In this document: positions 37,536 to 50,684 of the stretch, one piece after another
Numbering within the stretch: the stretch's first letter is position 1
Layout: each line of letters starts with the position of its first letter
Assembly (NCBI GenBank): GCA_030264375.1
Contig: JASCQW010000001.1
Location: 126,162,734-126,226,733, forward strand
Origin: Carcharhinus longimanus
Taxonomy: Eukaryota
Length of the DNA: 64,000 nucleotides
Reading direction: 5' to 3'
Translations under genes and position numbers: made by a program
The notes under the pieces: generated by a model
The model's database searches: none
Told to the model about the DNA's origin: nothing
Seen by the model: only the letters and a program-made list of their open reading frames with translations

Positions 37536-38576
37536 TCTATGCCATTATGCATATAACATTCACCCCATATTCATGACCACTGATAGAAACTGGTTTTATT
37601 TATATATTTTTTGTGAATTTAAGACTATTCAAAATAAAGGATGTAAGGTAACAATACTCTTTTTGTGCACTGAATCAAAGTCACAGATCTGGTACAATAC
37701 ATATCCCTTTCTCGACTTTGTTCCAAAAGTGACTCTCAGTTTCAAAGTCCTGAAAGTGCTGCCCTCTCCTGCCATGGCATGATATTTTGCTGTTCCCCAC
37801 CTCATACATTCCTCTGGAAGATTCTGTTAATACGCATTAAATTAGGTGTGGCACTTTGAGGTGAAAGTTATGAAGAGCTGGATTGAGTGTGTGCAAATGA
37901 ATTTCATGCTAAACCTTTAAAATCATCAGACAGAGAAGTATTTCATCTGAACAGTTTGAACTCAAGCCTTGACTCAGCCCCTTATGGAATCAACTGTTAC
38001 AGGGAAAATCCTAAAAACCTGTAACTATTTTACAACTTGCAGATGGAAGGTAAAATGTTTCCTTCTTCCTTCAGTTTATACCTAATGTTCAGCTTCAGTT
38101 TATACCTAATGTTCCTTTGTTTCACCAATACTAAAGATTAAAGCAACATTTTTTGAAATTAAGTAGAAATGTTCCTACAACAAGATCTATATGAAAGTAA
38201 ATGCAGGATTAAAATGAATCAAAAATGCTGTTTATGTCTTCTTGGGTTCTTTTGTTCAGTATTAATGAAAAATTATTACCTGACTGTCAATTATGATCAT
38301 TTTTAGGTCTATATGCTTACCATTGCAATTTAAATCACTGTTCTAACATAAATCTATGTCTAAACATTTTAATGAATGGCCCAAGTAGCAGCCACTTCAG
38401 TGGTTCCCCCAGGAACATTCAGGTACGCTGACCCAATTTTTCAGAAAGTGGAACAGTGAAAGGGACTGAAAAATTGAATTTTTAGATACAATAGCTCCCC
38501 CTAGAGCATGAATGAATCTCTGACTTTCTATGTTTCTGAGACACATCACAAGTTCTTGCCTTTTCCCATTTACCTT

Positions 38577-41473
38577 GGAAGTGATTTTGATTCACACTCT
38601 CCTTCAGTGGGAATGGCAGTGCATGCCCAAAATCTGGAGAGTGCAATTCGCACTAGTGATTTTCCAAGTTCCGATCTTTCCAGCTCCTGACCAGTGGCGT
38701 GACCAGAAACCTGCTACATGACTGCAGAAAGCTCATTTTAATACATTAGCATGTTATTGGCGAGCACTCTCTCTGGGACATCGCTCCTCATCCGATACTC
38801 AGCTGGTGTGATGTCACACTAATGCCATTTACAACAGCTCTACATAAGCATGAACCTGGTGACTTCACCTTCAACGGAGATTTCGGGGGTGAGCACTTAG
38901 GATGGCAGCACTGCTCAGGGGGCACAAGAGAGGACTCGAAGGATATGATATGTTCAACTTGGAGTGGGGGTAGTGGGTCCCAGAATTGCCATTTCGATGA
39001 GAGGGGTCAGTAGGTGTCACTTGCAGGCCTTGTGTTCTCTTTATGTTGGGCACCCTTTGCTTTAAAGGGGCTGTAAAGATTGGTATGCAGATAATGCCCG
39101 TCATGTCCTCCTTCCTGGGTTCCTGTCCATATCGCAGCTGAGGGAGTGCCCTTCCCTTTCGGTTACGTTCACCTTAGTGATGGAAAGGGATAGGCATGAA
39201 CCTCGGGTCAGTAGTTTTAGCTGGGGGAAGGGTANNNNNNNNNNNNNNNNNNNNNNNNNNNNNNNNNNNNNNNNNNNNNNNNNNNNNNNNNNNNNNNNNN
39301 NNNNNNNNNNNNNNNNNNNNNNNNNNNNNNNNNNTAAAAAATAAGACTGGTCGGCGCAACATTGTGGGCCGAAGGGCCTGTTCCGTGCTGTATGTTCTAT
39401 GTTCTATGTTCCTTAATGGGGACTGGCCAGATGGGAGGGACATACCACTGCCATTCACACACACCATAGGGATGTGCAATACTTCCTCAAGCTTGATGGC
39501 ATGAGCAGATGGGGTAAAAGAAGTGAAATTTATTGATAAACATACAAAATAAAATGGTGACCTCTCTACATAAGTGCCTATATTCACCTGTGCCCACTAA
39601 GCGCCCATGGTTTCTTAATCTTCCTGACCCTCCTACTATGTCTAGGTGAATCCCCAGGATCCACAGCTGAGGTTGAGGCAGCCCTGCTGTGGATCCTTTT
39701 GCCTGAGATGACTTTGGTGGGCATTCCCAAGAGGGCTGGCACTTGAGGGTCCAGGCTTGCATTTGGGCAGCATGGATGTTTGACTGCTGCTGTCCTCAGT
39801 ATCAGGGACTGGAAGTGTACCCTCAGATATGGAGGTTATGAGCTTAGCCATAGTGTAGACATCTGCCATAGACTGCATGTCCTGCATCAAGGTCTCCACT
39901 GTGAATGCCAACCTCGCAATGTTGACCTGGATGCTCTGCATCTCCTCGCATAGAAGGTGATGATACTACTCCAGCTGGCCTTGCAACCCAAGGAGAGTTG
40001 CTGTCATCCCTTCCTGATATTCACAACTCCACCATTGCAACTGTAGCAGCTGTATGACGATTGAGCCTAGGAGCACATCATCGGCCTGGGGGTAAGCAGA
40101 GTGCTGGTTTCTGGCATTCCTCCGTGTGTTGGTTCCCTGGGACATCCCTGTCTCTGTCTGCTGTACCAATGAGTGATCCAGAAGCCTGCCTAGTTATTGG
40201 ACCCAGCGATGTGCGAGTATCTGTGCTGGTGTCAGGCTTGGGTGACAGTTGTGATGCATGTTCTATAGTGGGTTTGGAGAGTGCCCCCTTTGAACTGGTG
40301 GAATACAGAGGTTCCAGGGGCCGCAACAATGGTCTGGCCTGTTTTATGGTTGGCCTGTGAGAGAAGGGACATAGCATCAGTGCACTAGAGGGGATATGAA
40401 GAGGACACTGATTATTCACTTGAGATTTGAGGAATGACAGCATTCATGGAGGATTCTTACGTTTCTCTGCTGCCTGCATTTCACTAGCAGTGCAGACACA
40501 GTCTTCCTCTCCCTGGCCAGCTGAAGCCTCACTCTTCAAAACATTTAAGGGTCCACAGCTGGGGCATTACTGTATTTGGCTGTATTTGCTGATGCCTATT
40601 ATGCTCGAGTTTGCCCTGCAATGACACAATGAGGAAAACTGTAAGTGGGAGTGTTGATATTTAAAATGGTGATGAGGTGTGGCAGGCATGGGGCTTGGCT
40701 GAGAACTGAGTGTGAGGAGCTTACCAGCTAATGGGGAACATGGTGATTGTGGATGGGGCTGGGGTGGGNNNNNNNNNNNNNNNNNNNNNNNNNNNNNNNN
40801 NNNNNNNNNNNNNNNNNNNNNNNNNNNNNNNNNNNNNNNNNNNNNNNNNNNNNNNNNNNNNNNNNNNNGGGGGGGGTGGGGGCGGTGGACCTGGTGCCTG
40901 GTGTTGGTAAAGGCCAAAGTGGCTGAGTGAGAGAAAGGGTTGAGGGGCATATAAGGGGGCAGTGGGAGATGGAGGGTGATTCACTTACCTGTCTGAGCAA
41001 AGAAGATCATTCATCTTCTTCCAACACTATTGCCCCATCCTCTTTCAGTGCAAATGCACTCCAGGGTTGCCATTGAATCCCGGGTGGGGGGATGGTGACC
41101 CTGATGACAGCCATCGCCTGGAACATGGGTACAGCTGTTACCCTCCTCTGTGCCACTCCATTGGGCAGTCTGCTGAGGGTCCTCCCCATGGAGCACGGTA
41201 TTGGTTCTTTGGCTGCCATCCCCTGCAGTTGTTGTGAAACAAGTGCTGGGAGCCATTTATATGGAGCTTCTCAGTGCTAACAGCAGTTAAGTCCTTAGGG
41301 TGGGCGAATCAGAGGGAATGTGCCACTGGAGTGGCATGAAACTTGGGGGAATAGAAACTAATACTAATGAGCTATAACATTCGGCCTGAAAACATGTTGG
41401 TGCCCTCAACAGTCAACACTTCATTTTTCTTGGCAAAACCAACACTGCCATTTTTTTGGTCAGATTTCACCGC
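38577..41473 (-). mobile_element. Harbinger derivative keeping the 3-exon SANT gene, no transposase seen
   Basis: Exon 1 41219-40989 (MAAKEP..KMNDLLCSDR|gtaagt), exon 2 40615-40461 (GKLEHNR..TLKCFEE), exon 3 from 40354; ends resemble those of 108-3702. Confidence 0.75.
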
Positions 41474-42562
41474 TTGTGAATCATCCAATCACTCTGGCAG
41501 AATTACTGGAGCAGTCTTGTCAGAAACGTAGCAAATTCAACAGCACAGAAGTGGTAAAGAGGATTTATTCACCAATCAGCACATGAGAAATTTAGGAAAG
41601 TAGGATGGGTTTGGATAGCAAAGTAGATTACTGCTTAAAAGTCCAAATGCAAAGAATGAAGAAAGACTTCATCCCTAGGGAGTATCAAATAATAACTAAT
41701 TGACAAATGAACATTTATCATTAATTTCCACAGCAAATTGAAAGAAAGAAACATCACGTTTATTTATTTCAAATCCCTCATCCTGCCCATCACTGAGACA
41801 TTTGAATTGCATCCAGATAATATTAGCTGTCTTCATGCCCAAAGTTACAGAGACATTCAGTCTCAACGCTCTCAATGGTATCCTTGTCAGCTTCATAATC
41901 TCCACCCTATTCATTCAGGCCACCTCCACAAGCATTCTTCCAGCTCTAGATTCTGATTATTTGTTATCCCTGTTCTTTCTGACCTTCCGTGATACTTACC
42001 CCTTTAGTATATTGATTTAAAACTCCTCATTGTACTTGCGTTCTTATTGTACCCTACCATCTGCAATCTCCTCCAGCCTTACATTCCACTAACTAACCCT
42101 CACTTATCTGAATCTGCTCTACTGTTACCTGTTGTCCAGCTGTCAGGTAAAGTCCATGATGAAAGCTGAGTTAGCTGGAATGCCAGCTCTGTTGTTAACA
42201 ATCCATCCTTAAACAAAGGAATGTGTGAATTTCCTGGCAGACAATGAAAGTCAATATTTAATCAGGTATTTGCTTGAGACTCAGAACTGTCTGGAACTCA
42301 AAAATGACAATGTGACATGACTTGGAGTGATCATTTTCACAGACTGTTCAACAGGCCTCCATCAAATGGGAGAAAAAAATTGGAATCCCTGATTTTTTTT
42401 TGTCTTCCTTGGAAAGCAAAAGTAAAATGTACACATTCATTTCATCATACTCTGGCTTTCAGATTTATTAATCTGATATGGCTCCAGTCCTCTGTTGCAT
42501 TCATTTTTCTTAGAAATCCTCAGTTACATGTCATCTGGTGAATATTTGTCACAGAAAAATCA

Positions 42563-42879
42563 TCATAGAAACCCTACAATACAGAAAAAGGCCATTCGGC
42601 CCATCAAGTCTGCACTGACCACAATCCCACCCAGGCCTTACCCCCATATCCATACATGTTTTACCTACGAATCCTCTAACCTATGCATCTACAGTCAATT
42701 TATCATGGCCAATTAACCTAACCCACAAATCTTTGGACTGTGGTAGGAAACCAGAGCACCCGGAGGAAACCCACACAGACATGAGGAGAATGTGCAAGCT
42801 CCACACTGACAGTGACCCAAGCTGGGAATCGTTGGAGCTGTGAAGCAGCAGTGCTAACCACTGTGCTACCGTGCCGCCC
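42563..42879 (-). mobile_element. HE1-type SINE
   Basis: gggcggcacggtagcacagtggttagcactgctgc head. Confidence 0.92.
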
Positions 42880-43671
42880 GGTATTAATTTATTAATATCA
42901 GTGCACGTGGATTCGGGAACAGTAATTCTCCAGACATATGATTCTCAAGACAGTAGGAAAGTTCAAAATCCGTTTTGGTTCTGAGGGATGGTTCAAGTAT
43001 CATAATGTTGAATTCTGTTTAGAAACTTGTAAAATATAAATTATTCAACAGATTTATTGTGGTGACCGCAATGCTTTTAATCCTTTCGCACAACCCAGGA
43101 GTCTGCTAATTTAGATTCTGGTCCACTGATTCGTATCTCTAAGGTGATGGTGTGGTGTGTATTGATTTTAGCCTCCTTGAGGATTCTGGATTTTACACCT
43201 GCTTTCCTGTCAGTGACCTTGGAAATTGACCTGTTGGGTTCAGATGAATTTATGTTTTGAATCTGATCCTGTGTAGGCTCTTTGGTCAATTCTGCNNNNN
43301 NNNNNNNNNNNNNNNNNNNNNNNNNNNNNNNNNNNNNNNNNNNNNNNNNNNNNNNNNNNNNNNNNNNNNNNNNNNNNNNNNNNNNNNNNNNNNNNNNNNN
43401 NNNNNNNNNNNNNNNNNNNNNNNNNNNNNNNNNNNNNNNNNNNNNNNNNNNNNNNNNNNNNNNNNNNNNNNNNNNNNNNNNNNNNNNNNNNNNNNNNNNN
43501 NNNNNNNNNNNNNNNNNNNNNNNNNNNNNNNNNNNNNNNNNNNNNNNNNNNNNNNNNNNNNNNNNNNNNNNNNNNNNNNNNNNNNNNNNNNNNNNNNNNN
43601 NNNNNNNNNNNNNNNNNNNNNNNNNNNNNNNNNNNNNNNNNNNNNNNNNNNNNNNNNNNNNNNNNNNNNNN

Positions 43672-43955
43672 CCCTCTACCGTGGCTGCATTCGCAGCCAG
43701 GTGTCCCTGGAGAGGGAGCATGTGGTGTCCGCGGGCACAGTTAATGCCTTCTGCACCATCTGGGCACCGCAGGGTCTGGGGCGTATTATAGGCCCCGACA
43801 ATCACATTTTGATTTAATGTTTTAGTTTCTTTTGGGCTTTGTTTTTTGTTTGGGCCGTTCCCCCCCCCCCCCCACCTTTTTGGGGGGCTGCCCCTCTTAA
43901 TTTGTCCCTAAGTTAATTTGAGTTGGTTTTACTCATTTGGCACGTGAAAAGAACT
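43672..43955 (+). mobile_element. Tx1/L1-clade LINE ORF2 C-terminus and 3' UTR
   Basis: LYRGCIRSQVSLEREH..AFCTIWAPQG..* followed by a T-rich UTR. Confidence 0.7.
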
Positions 43956-44454
43956 ACCTGATGGGTCTTAATTGATGATTAAATCAGGAAGCCTCACGCT
44001 CCCTACTTAAAGCAGGTGTGTCAGACTCCAAGTCTGCATTCAGCAGGGAGCAATTGGAGAGCTGTGTACAGATGTATGGTGTAAATAAAGTAACCTGGTG
44101 ACAGGACTTTCGCGTCTGTGGAGTTATTACAGTGAGGTGTCTCCCACACTTCCTGGTTTGGGAAATTTCTCTGTCTCCATTTAAACCTGAAAAGATATCT
44201 ATTAACTAGACCTCTGGTTCAGCACCTTTGTTCATTTCAAATTCCATGGTCCAATCCTTGGCCTCTGGAAAGGCCTCTGGTTTTATTTCCATTTCTCTAT
44301 TATTTATTGGGCCTATTGCCACCAAACCCCCCAGCCCCCTGTAAGATGTTAAGGACCCCTTCAGCTCTGCAGTGGAACAGGATTTTTCTGATTCCTTTTT
44401 GTTTCCCCAGCCCTCATGGATTGTATTTGACTCCCTGACACAGTATCTTTCGTT

Positions 44455-44668
44455 GATGGCAGCTGCCTAGGCACCAAATTCTAAAATTCTCTCTCTACAT
44501 ATTCCTGCCATTTTAACACTCTCTGCCTATTTAAATATTCCTTACAGCCTACCTTCTTGACTCAATATCTTGTTTTACAATCTCCTCAGACAGCTTTTGT
44601 TTGAAAGTGCTCCTGTGAAGCACTATGCTACCTCAAAGGAGCTAAAGAAAGGCAAACTGTTGTTGCAT
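44455..44668 (+). mobile_element. L2 3' end, old
   Basis: gctcctgtgaagcac..aaaggagctaa..tgttgttg tail. Confidence 0.55.
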
Positions 44669-45649
44669 TCAGGAATTGTCTTTTAAATTCCTCACTGAAT
44701 GTCTCCAATCTTCAAAATGCTCCTGAAATCCTATCTCTTCAAGCATGCCTCTGACCGCCTTCCTGTTGTGTCTGATTGCCCAAGTTATGGAATGTAGGAT
44801 AGGAGTGTCAACAATGGTTAGATGATTTCCTGAAAGTTTCAACACATGATTTCAAACGTTGAAGCAGTCAAACACACCTTTTTCATCTTCAATATTTTAT
44901 AACTAATAAATTGAATTATTTAAAGAAATTGAAAAGATGTTATCTTTAATGCCCACTTTGGTTTTTCTCTTTGATTGATGTCAGCAGTGTTAAGGAGATT
45001 AATATTTAATTTCCAAAGCCTCCAGGAGCATCCTGATTTTGGACATTTTACTCTGCAATATTGGTGCAAGTTGCTGTAACTGTATCCCTCTTGTAATAAC
45101 TTTGTTTCTGGTCAAGTTCAGGAAGTTCTCTAACTGCTCCCTCTGTACTGGAGATATTTATATGATTCACAGCTGCATGTGGTTAGTTAAAATAGCCAAA
45201 AAGAAATGAGGAGCACATGTTTTTTGTGCTCTGAAATCTTTTCCAGTGACTGGCTTTTATAACAAACCTCTGTAATGTTAGTCATATTTATTGGCATATG
45301 TCATTCTGGGGTTTTATGTGGAATATTAATTAAATTGATTTATTTACTGTTCACTGTCATTTTAATGTTGTATTATACCTAAAATTTTACTTATTCATAC
45401 TGGATTTAGTATTTGCAGGTCCATTTATCACAAATTACTAGAGGTCAATGTATCCCTCCAAATTGAGCAATTTGGCTGTGGCTCAAGCTTTCAGCAGTTG
45501 GCAAAGATTTCAGTCTCAGGTTGGAAGGTCTGGTTTGGACATTTTGTGTAATATATAGCAAGATCTGTATTTTGTTATAGCACTTTCTCTGTGGGGCAGG
45601 TGTAAATAAACTTTTCAATAATGCTGCCTGCAGTCAAAGTTTTGTTAGT

Positions 45650-46545
45650 GTCCATGTCCAGATGCAGCAGACCTGGACAATATCCAGGCTTTAGCTGACA
45701 AGTGGCAAATAACATTTGCATCACACAAATGTCAGGGAATGACTATTTCCGACAGGAGAGAATCTAACCATCAGCCCTTGACATTCAATGGCATTACCAT
45801 CGCTGAATCCCCCACAATCATAATGTCCTGGGGGTTGCCATTGACTAGAAACTGAACTAGCCATATAAATACTGTAGCTACCAGAACAGGTCAGAGGCTA
45901 GGGATCCAGCAGTGAGTACTTCACTTCCTGACTCCTTAAAACCTGTCCACAATTTACCAGGCACAAGGCAGGAATGTAATGGAATACTCTCCCCTTGCCT
46001 GATGATTGCAGCTCCAATAACACTCAAGAAGCTCAACATCACCCAAGACAAAGCAGCCTGCTTGCTTGATATCCCATCCACAAATATTCACGACACACAG
46101 TGGCAGCAGTGTGTATCATCTGCAAGACACACTGCAGGAACTCAGCAAGGCTTCTTAGAAAGCAGCTTCCAAATCCATGACCACTACCATCTTGAAGGGC
46201 AATGGCAGCAGATACATGGAAACACCATCACCTTGAAGTTCCCCTGCAAGCTGGCCACTATCCTGACTTGAAAATATATTGCTGCTCTTTCAGTGTGACT
46301 AGGTCAAAATCCTGGAACTCCCTCCCTAACAGCACTGTGGGTATACCTGCAGTGATGTGGAGATGCTGGCGTTGGACTGGGGTAAACACAGTAAGAAGTC
46401 TCACCACACCAGGTTTAAGTCCAACAGTCCTGTAAAGTCCTATTGGACTTAAACCTGGTGTTGTGAGACTTCTTACCGGGTATACCTGCAACACATGGAT
46501 TGCAGCAGTTTAAGAAGGCAACCCATCATCACCCTTCGGGATGAG
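45650..46545 (+). mobile_element. CR1-group LINE 3' region; tail displaced to 48133-48198
   Basis: DLDNIQA.ADKWQITF..KCQGMTIS; TLKKLNITQDKAACL; KSWNSLP. Confidence 0.85.
46352..46477. mobile_element. Penelope-like terminal fragment forming a hairpin, 13-bp TSD
   Basis: TSD gggtatacctgca at 46339-46351 and 46478-46490; 37-bp inverted arms. Confidence 0.75.
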
Positions 46546-46549
46546 CAGC

Positions 46550-48132
46550 CATAACATGATAGAATTTTTTATCAAGTTGGAGAGTGTAGTTGATTCAGAG
46601 ACTAGGGTGTGAATTTTAGTAAAGGAAACTATGAAGATATGAGGTTGGGAGAATTACTTAAAGGGACGACAATGGATAGGCAATGGCCTATCGAGGAACA
46701 TTCAATGGGGGAACTGCAGCAACTGTTTATTCCTGCCTGGCACACAAGCAAGATGGGTGAGACTGTCAATCCATGGCTTACAAAGAAAATTAGAGAGAGT
46801 ATCCAATCCAAGGAAGAAGCATACAGATTGGCCAAGAAAAATAAGAGGTCTAAGGATTGGGAGCAGTTTAAAATTCACCAAAGAAGTACCAAAGGAATTA
46901 ATATGAAGGGAAAAATACAGTATGAAAATAAGCTTGCAGGGAACATGAAGATTGACACTAAGGGCCCGAATTTATCATGAAGTTGCGCCCGTTTTTGGGT
47001 GCAAAAACTTGGTAAAGTTGGCGTTGAGGTGAGTAGCGCCATTTCCCCCTTTACCGAGGCCTGAAATTGGCTACGATCGGGACCTTACCCGAAATGGCGC
47101 AATGGCCATTTATGATAAAGACTGACATTAAGGGCCTGAATTTATGTTCCCTGGCTAGGTTAGGATTGTTTTTGCTGTCGTTGATTCACCCACTCGCCCA
47201 ACCTGTCAAGATCATACTGAAGGATCTCTGCATCTTTGTCACAGTTCACTCTCCCACCCAACTTGGTATCATCTGCAAACTTTGAGATGTTACATCATGT
47301 TCCCTCATCCAAATCACAAATATATACTGTGAACAGTTGGGGTTCGAGCACAGATCCCTGTGGCACCCCACGAGTTACTGCCTGTCAATTTGAAAAGGAT
47401 CCATTGATTCTTACTCTTTATTTCAAAGAACAAAGAAAATTACAGCACAGGACCAGGCCCTTCGGCCCTCCAAGCCTCCACCGACCATGTTGCCCAATTT
47501 AACTAAAACCCCCTACCCTTCCAGGGACCACATCCCTCTATTCCCATCCTATTCATGTACTTGTCAAGATGCCCCTTAAAAGTCACTACTGTATCCACTT
47601 CCACTACCTCCCCCAGCAAGGAGTTCCAGGCACCCACTACTCTGTGTAAAAAATCTGCCTTGTACATCTCCTTTAAACCTTGTCCCTCACACCTTAAACC
47701 TATGCCCTTCCACCCTGGGAAAAAGCTGGAGTTCAGACGAATGAGGGAAGCCTTATAGAGGCTTATNNNNNNNNNNNNNNNNNNNNNNNNNNNNNNNNNN
47801 NNNNNNNNNNNNNNNNNNNNNNNNNNNNNNNNNNNNNNNNNNNNNNNNNNGTCTGAGGATTTGGGGTAGACCATTTAAGACAGAGCTGAGGAGACATTTA
47901 TTCACCCAAAGAGTGGGGAGCCTGTGGAATTCATTACACAGGAATTGATGATGCCAAAACATTGAATGTATTCAAGAGGTGACTAGAAATACCACTTGGG
48001 GCAAATGGGATCAAAGATTATTGAGAGGAAGCAGGATTAGGCTATTGGGTTGGATGATCAGCCATGCTCGTAATGAATGGCGGAGCAGGCTTGAAGGGCC
48101 AAATGGCCTCCTCCTGTTGCTATCTCCTATGT
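46550..48132. mobile_element. Rearranged or nested CR1 fragments (+ 46550-46960, - 47150-47425, - 47425-47720, + 47725-48132)
   Basis: NFSKGNYEDMR..PWLTKKIR on +; GVPQGSVL and KFADDTKLG on -; two CR1 3' ends. Confidence 0.85.
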
Positions 48133-49299
48133 TAACTGGGGATGGGCAATAATTGCTGGCCTAGCCAGTGAAGCCACACCCCACGAATGAATTAAAAAAC
48201 CCTTAGTCATGAAAGAAATCACAGAATGTTAAGTCAAACATTACCTTTTTCATTTTTAAAAAATGGACTTTGCTGAGCCAAAAGTTGGATGCTGCAAGTC
48301 ACAAAATTCACAACTTGGCTACAGTTTCTGGAAATTTCCAACAGCCGTTACAGGACAAAAAAGTAACTCTCATCCTCGTCGATTCTCATATGCCGCATTG
48401 TGAGGACACATTATAATTACCTCCGTATGGGCAATAAATGCTGACCTCACCAGTGACACCACTTTCTGTAAAATGAATTTAAAAGTGGAACCAGCAGATG
48501 ATCCATTCCCCTGCTCCAAAGGGGAGCCATCAAAACTCGTTATATTTGTAGAGTGCTAAAAGCACCAATTGTCTCCTAAGATGAATAATGGATCTTGATC
48601 AAAAACTGCTCATTAATGGGCAACATCACATGACCTAAGCTTCTAAGCCTTTGAAAAGTTATAATATTACAATTTCAGGCTCACAACTCAGTCTGCTATT
48701 TACACTCCAGCCTGCAAACATAAAAGCAGGACTCCAGACTGACAACAATCTGCATCAAATCTAAGCCTTCTCAACCTTGTTTCTCTGAAAGATTGCTGCC
48801 AGTGACTGCTGAGCAGACCAAGTGTCTGCATACCAATCTCATCTTGCTGCATTATCGTCAGCTCTTAAAGAAACCCTGCTTCAGCTAGGGGAACACTGTG
48901 AAGGAACTCTCTCTGGATTCTGACTTTCTGGATGCTAGCAATTACGTGAACTGATATCCACATCTGTGGTGCTTTTTCTTTAAAGTTATTTACTGTTGTA
49001 AAATAACTCCTCTTTCTGATCTGGTTATTGTGTGCTTATGGTGTGTATGCAGGTACAATCATTTTCCAGGTTTGAATGTATGAATAAACTTTACTTCTGA
49101 TTTAACCCTAAAGAGAGTTTGCTGCAGGTCACTTTAAGAATTTACTCACAATCAGAAGTTTTGGAGAAATATGCCCCAGCCTATTGCAAAAATTAAAACA
49201 CCTCTGCTTACGGACAGGTGGCAAGAAAATAACAAAATTCAGTTTTGTCTTACACCCCTGTCTGTAATAGTTAGTCTTTCTAAATATAATACATAACAA

Positions 49300-49590
49300 C
49301 AGAAAGATGACGACCTACCACTGATCAAGTGCTGAGTGGACTTTGAGCAAGGAGAAACAAATAACAGTAGATATCATAAGTCATAAGTCAGCAGATCATA
49401 CAATGTGGACATCCTTTCGAGATTTCTCGTGAAAACTGTTCTACTTCTAGCCACTGAGTTACCAATAAATTACTTTACATCTTTAACTGACATGTCAGTA
49501 CTTCACAGAGAAATTAGTGAAGAAATTCACAAGAATATGATGCCCAAAGTGCTCAATTATATCATGAATGGCCAGCCAAAAGAGTGGGGG
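49300..49590 (+). mobile_element. Gypsy/Ty3 pol fragment (RNase H-integrase linker)
   Basis: SADH..NVDILSRF..INYF..PKVLNYIMNG.PKE resembles NADALSRLP..VL.YI..GWP. Confidence 0.55.
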
Positions 49591-50291
49591 TGTACACGGG
49601 GCAGAGCAGGGGATGGTATGGTGGNNNNNNNNNNNNNNNNNNNNNNNNNNNNNNNNNNNNNNNNNNNNNNNNNNNNNNNNNNNNNNNNNNNNNNNNNNNN
49701 NNNNNNNNNNNNNNNNNNNNNNNNNNNNNNNNNNNNNNNNNNNNNNNNNNNNNNNNNNNNNNNNNNNNNNNNNNNNNNNNNNNNNNNNNNNNNNNNNNNN
49801 NNNNNNNNNNNNNNNNNNNNNNNNNNNNNNNNNNNNNNNNNNNNNNNNNNNNNNNNNNNNNNNNNNNNNNNNNNNNNNNNNNNNNNNNNNNNNNNNNNNN
49901 NNNNNNNNNNNNNNNNNNNNNNNNNNNNNNNNNNNNNNNNNNNNNNNNNNNNNNNNNNNNNNNNNNNNNNNNNNNNNNNNNNNNNNNNNNNNNNNNNNNN
50001 NNNNNNNNNNNNNNNNNNNNNNNNNNNNNNNNNNNNNNNNNNNNNNNNNNNNNNNNNNNNNNNNNNNNNNNNNNNNNNNNNNNNNNNNNNNNNNNNNNNN
50101 NNNNNNNNNNNNNNNNNNNNNNNNNNNNNNNNNNNNNNNNNNNNNNNNNNNNNNNNNNNNNNNNNNNNNNNNNNNNNNNNNNNNNNNNNNNNNNNNNNNN
50201 NNNNNNNNNNNNNNNNNNNNNNNNNNNNNNNNNNNNNNNNNNNNNNNNNNNNNNNNNNNNNNNNNNNNNNNNNNNNNNNNNNNNNNNNNNN

Positions 50292-50678
50292 TCTTATAGA
50301 GACATATAAGATAATGAAGGGGCTAGATAGGGTAGAGATAGAGAGATTCTTTCCACTTAGAAAGGAAACCAGAACTAGAGGGCACAGCCTCAAAATAAGG
50401 GGGGGGGACAGTTCAGAACAGAATTGAGGAGGAACTTCTTCTCTCAGAGGGTGGTGAGTCTCTGGAATTCTCTGCCCATTGAAGTGGTGGGGACTACTTC
50501 GTTGAAAATGTTTAACTCATGGGTAGATAGATTTCTGATCGATAAGGGAATTAAGGGCTATGGGGCCAGGCGGGTAAGTGGAACTGATCCACTTCAGATC
50601 AGGCATGATCTTGTTGAATGGCAGGGCTGGCTCGAGGGGCTAGATGGCCTACTCCTGCTCCTATTTCTTATGTTCTTA
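50292..50678 (+). mobile_element. CR1 LINE 3' end
   Basis: LIETYKIMKGLDRV..TRGHSLK..RRNFFSQRVVSLWNSLP. Confidence 0.95.
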
Positions 50679-50684
50679 AGATTC

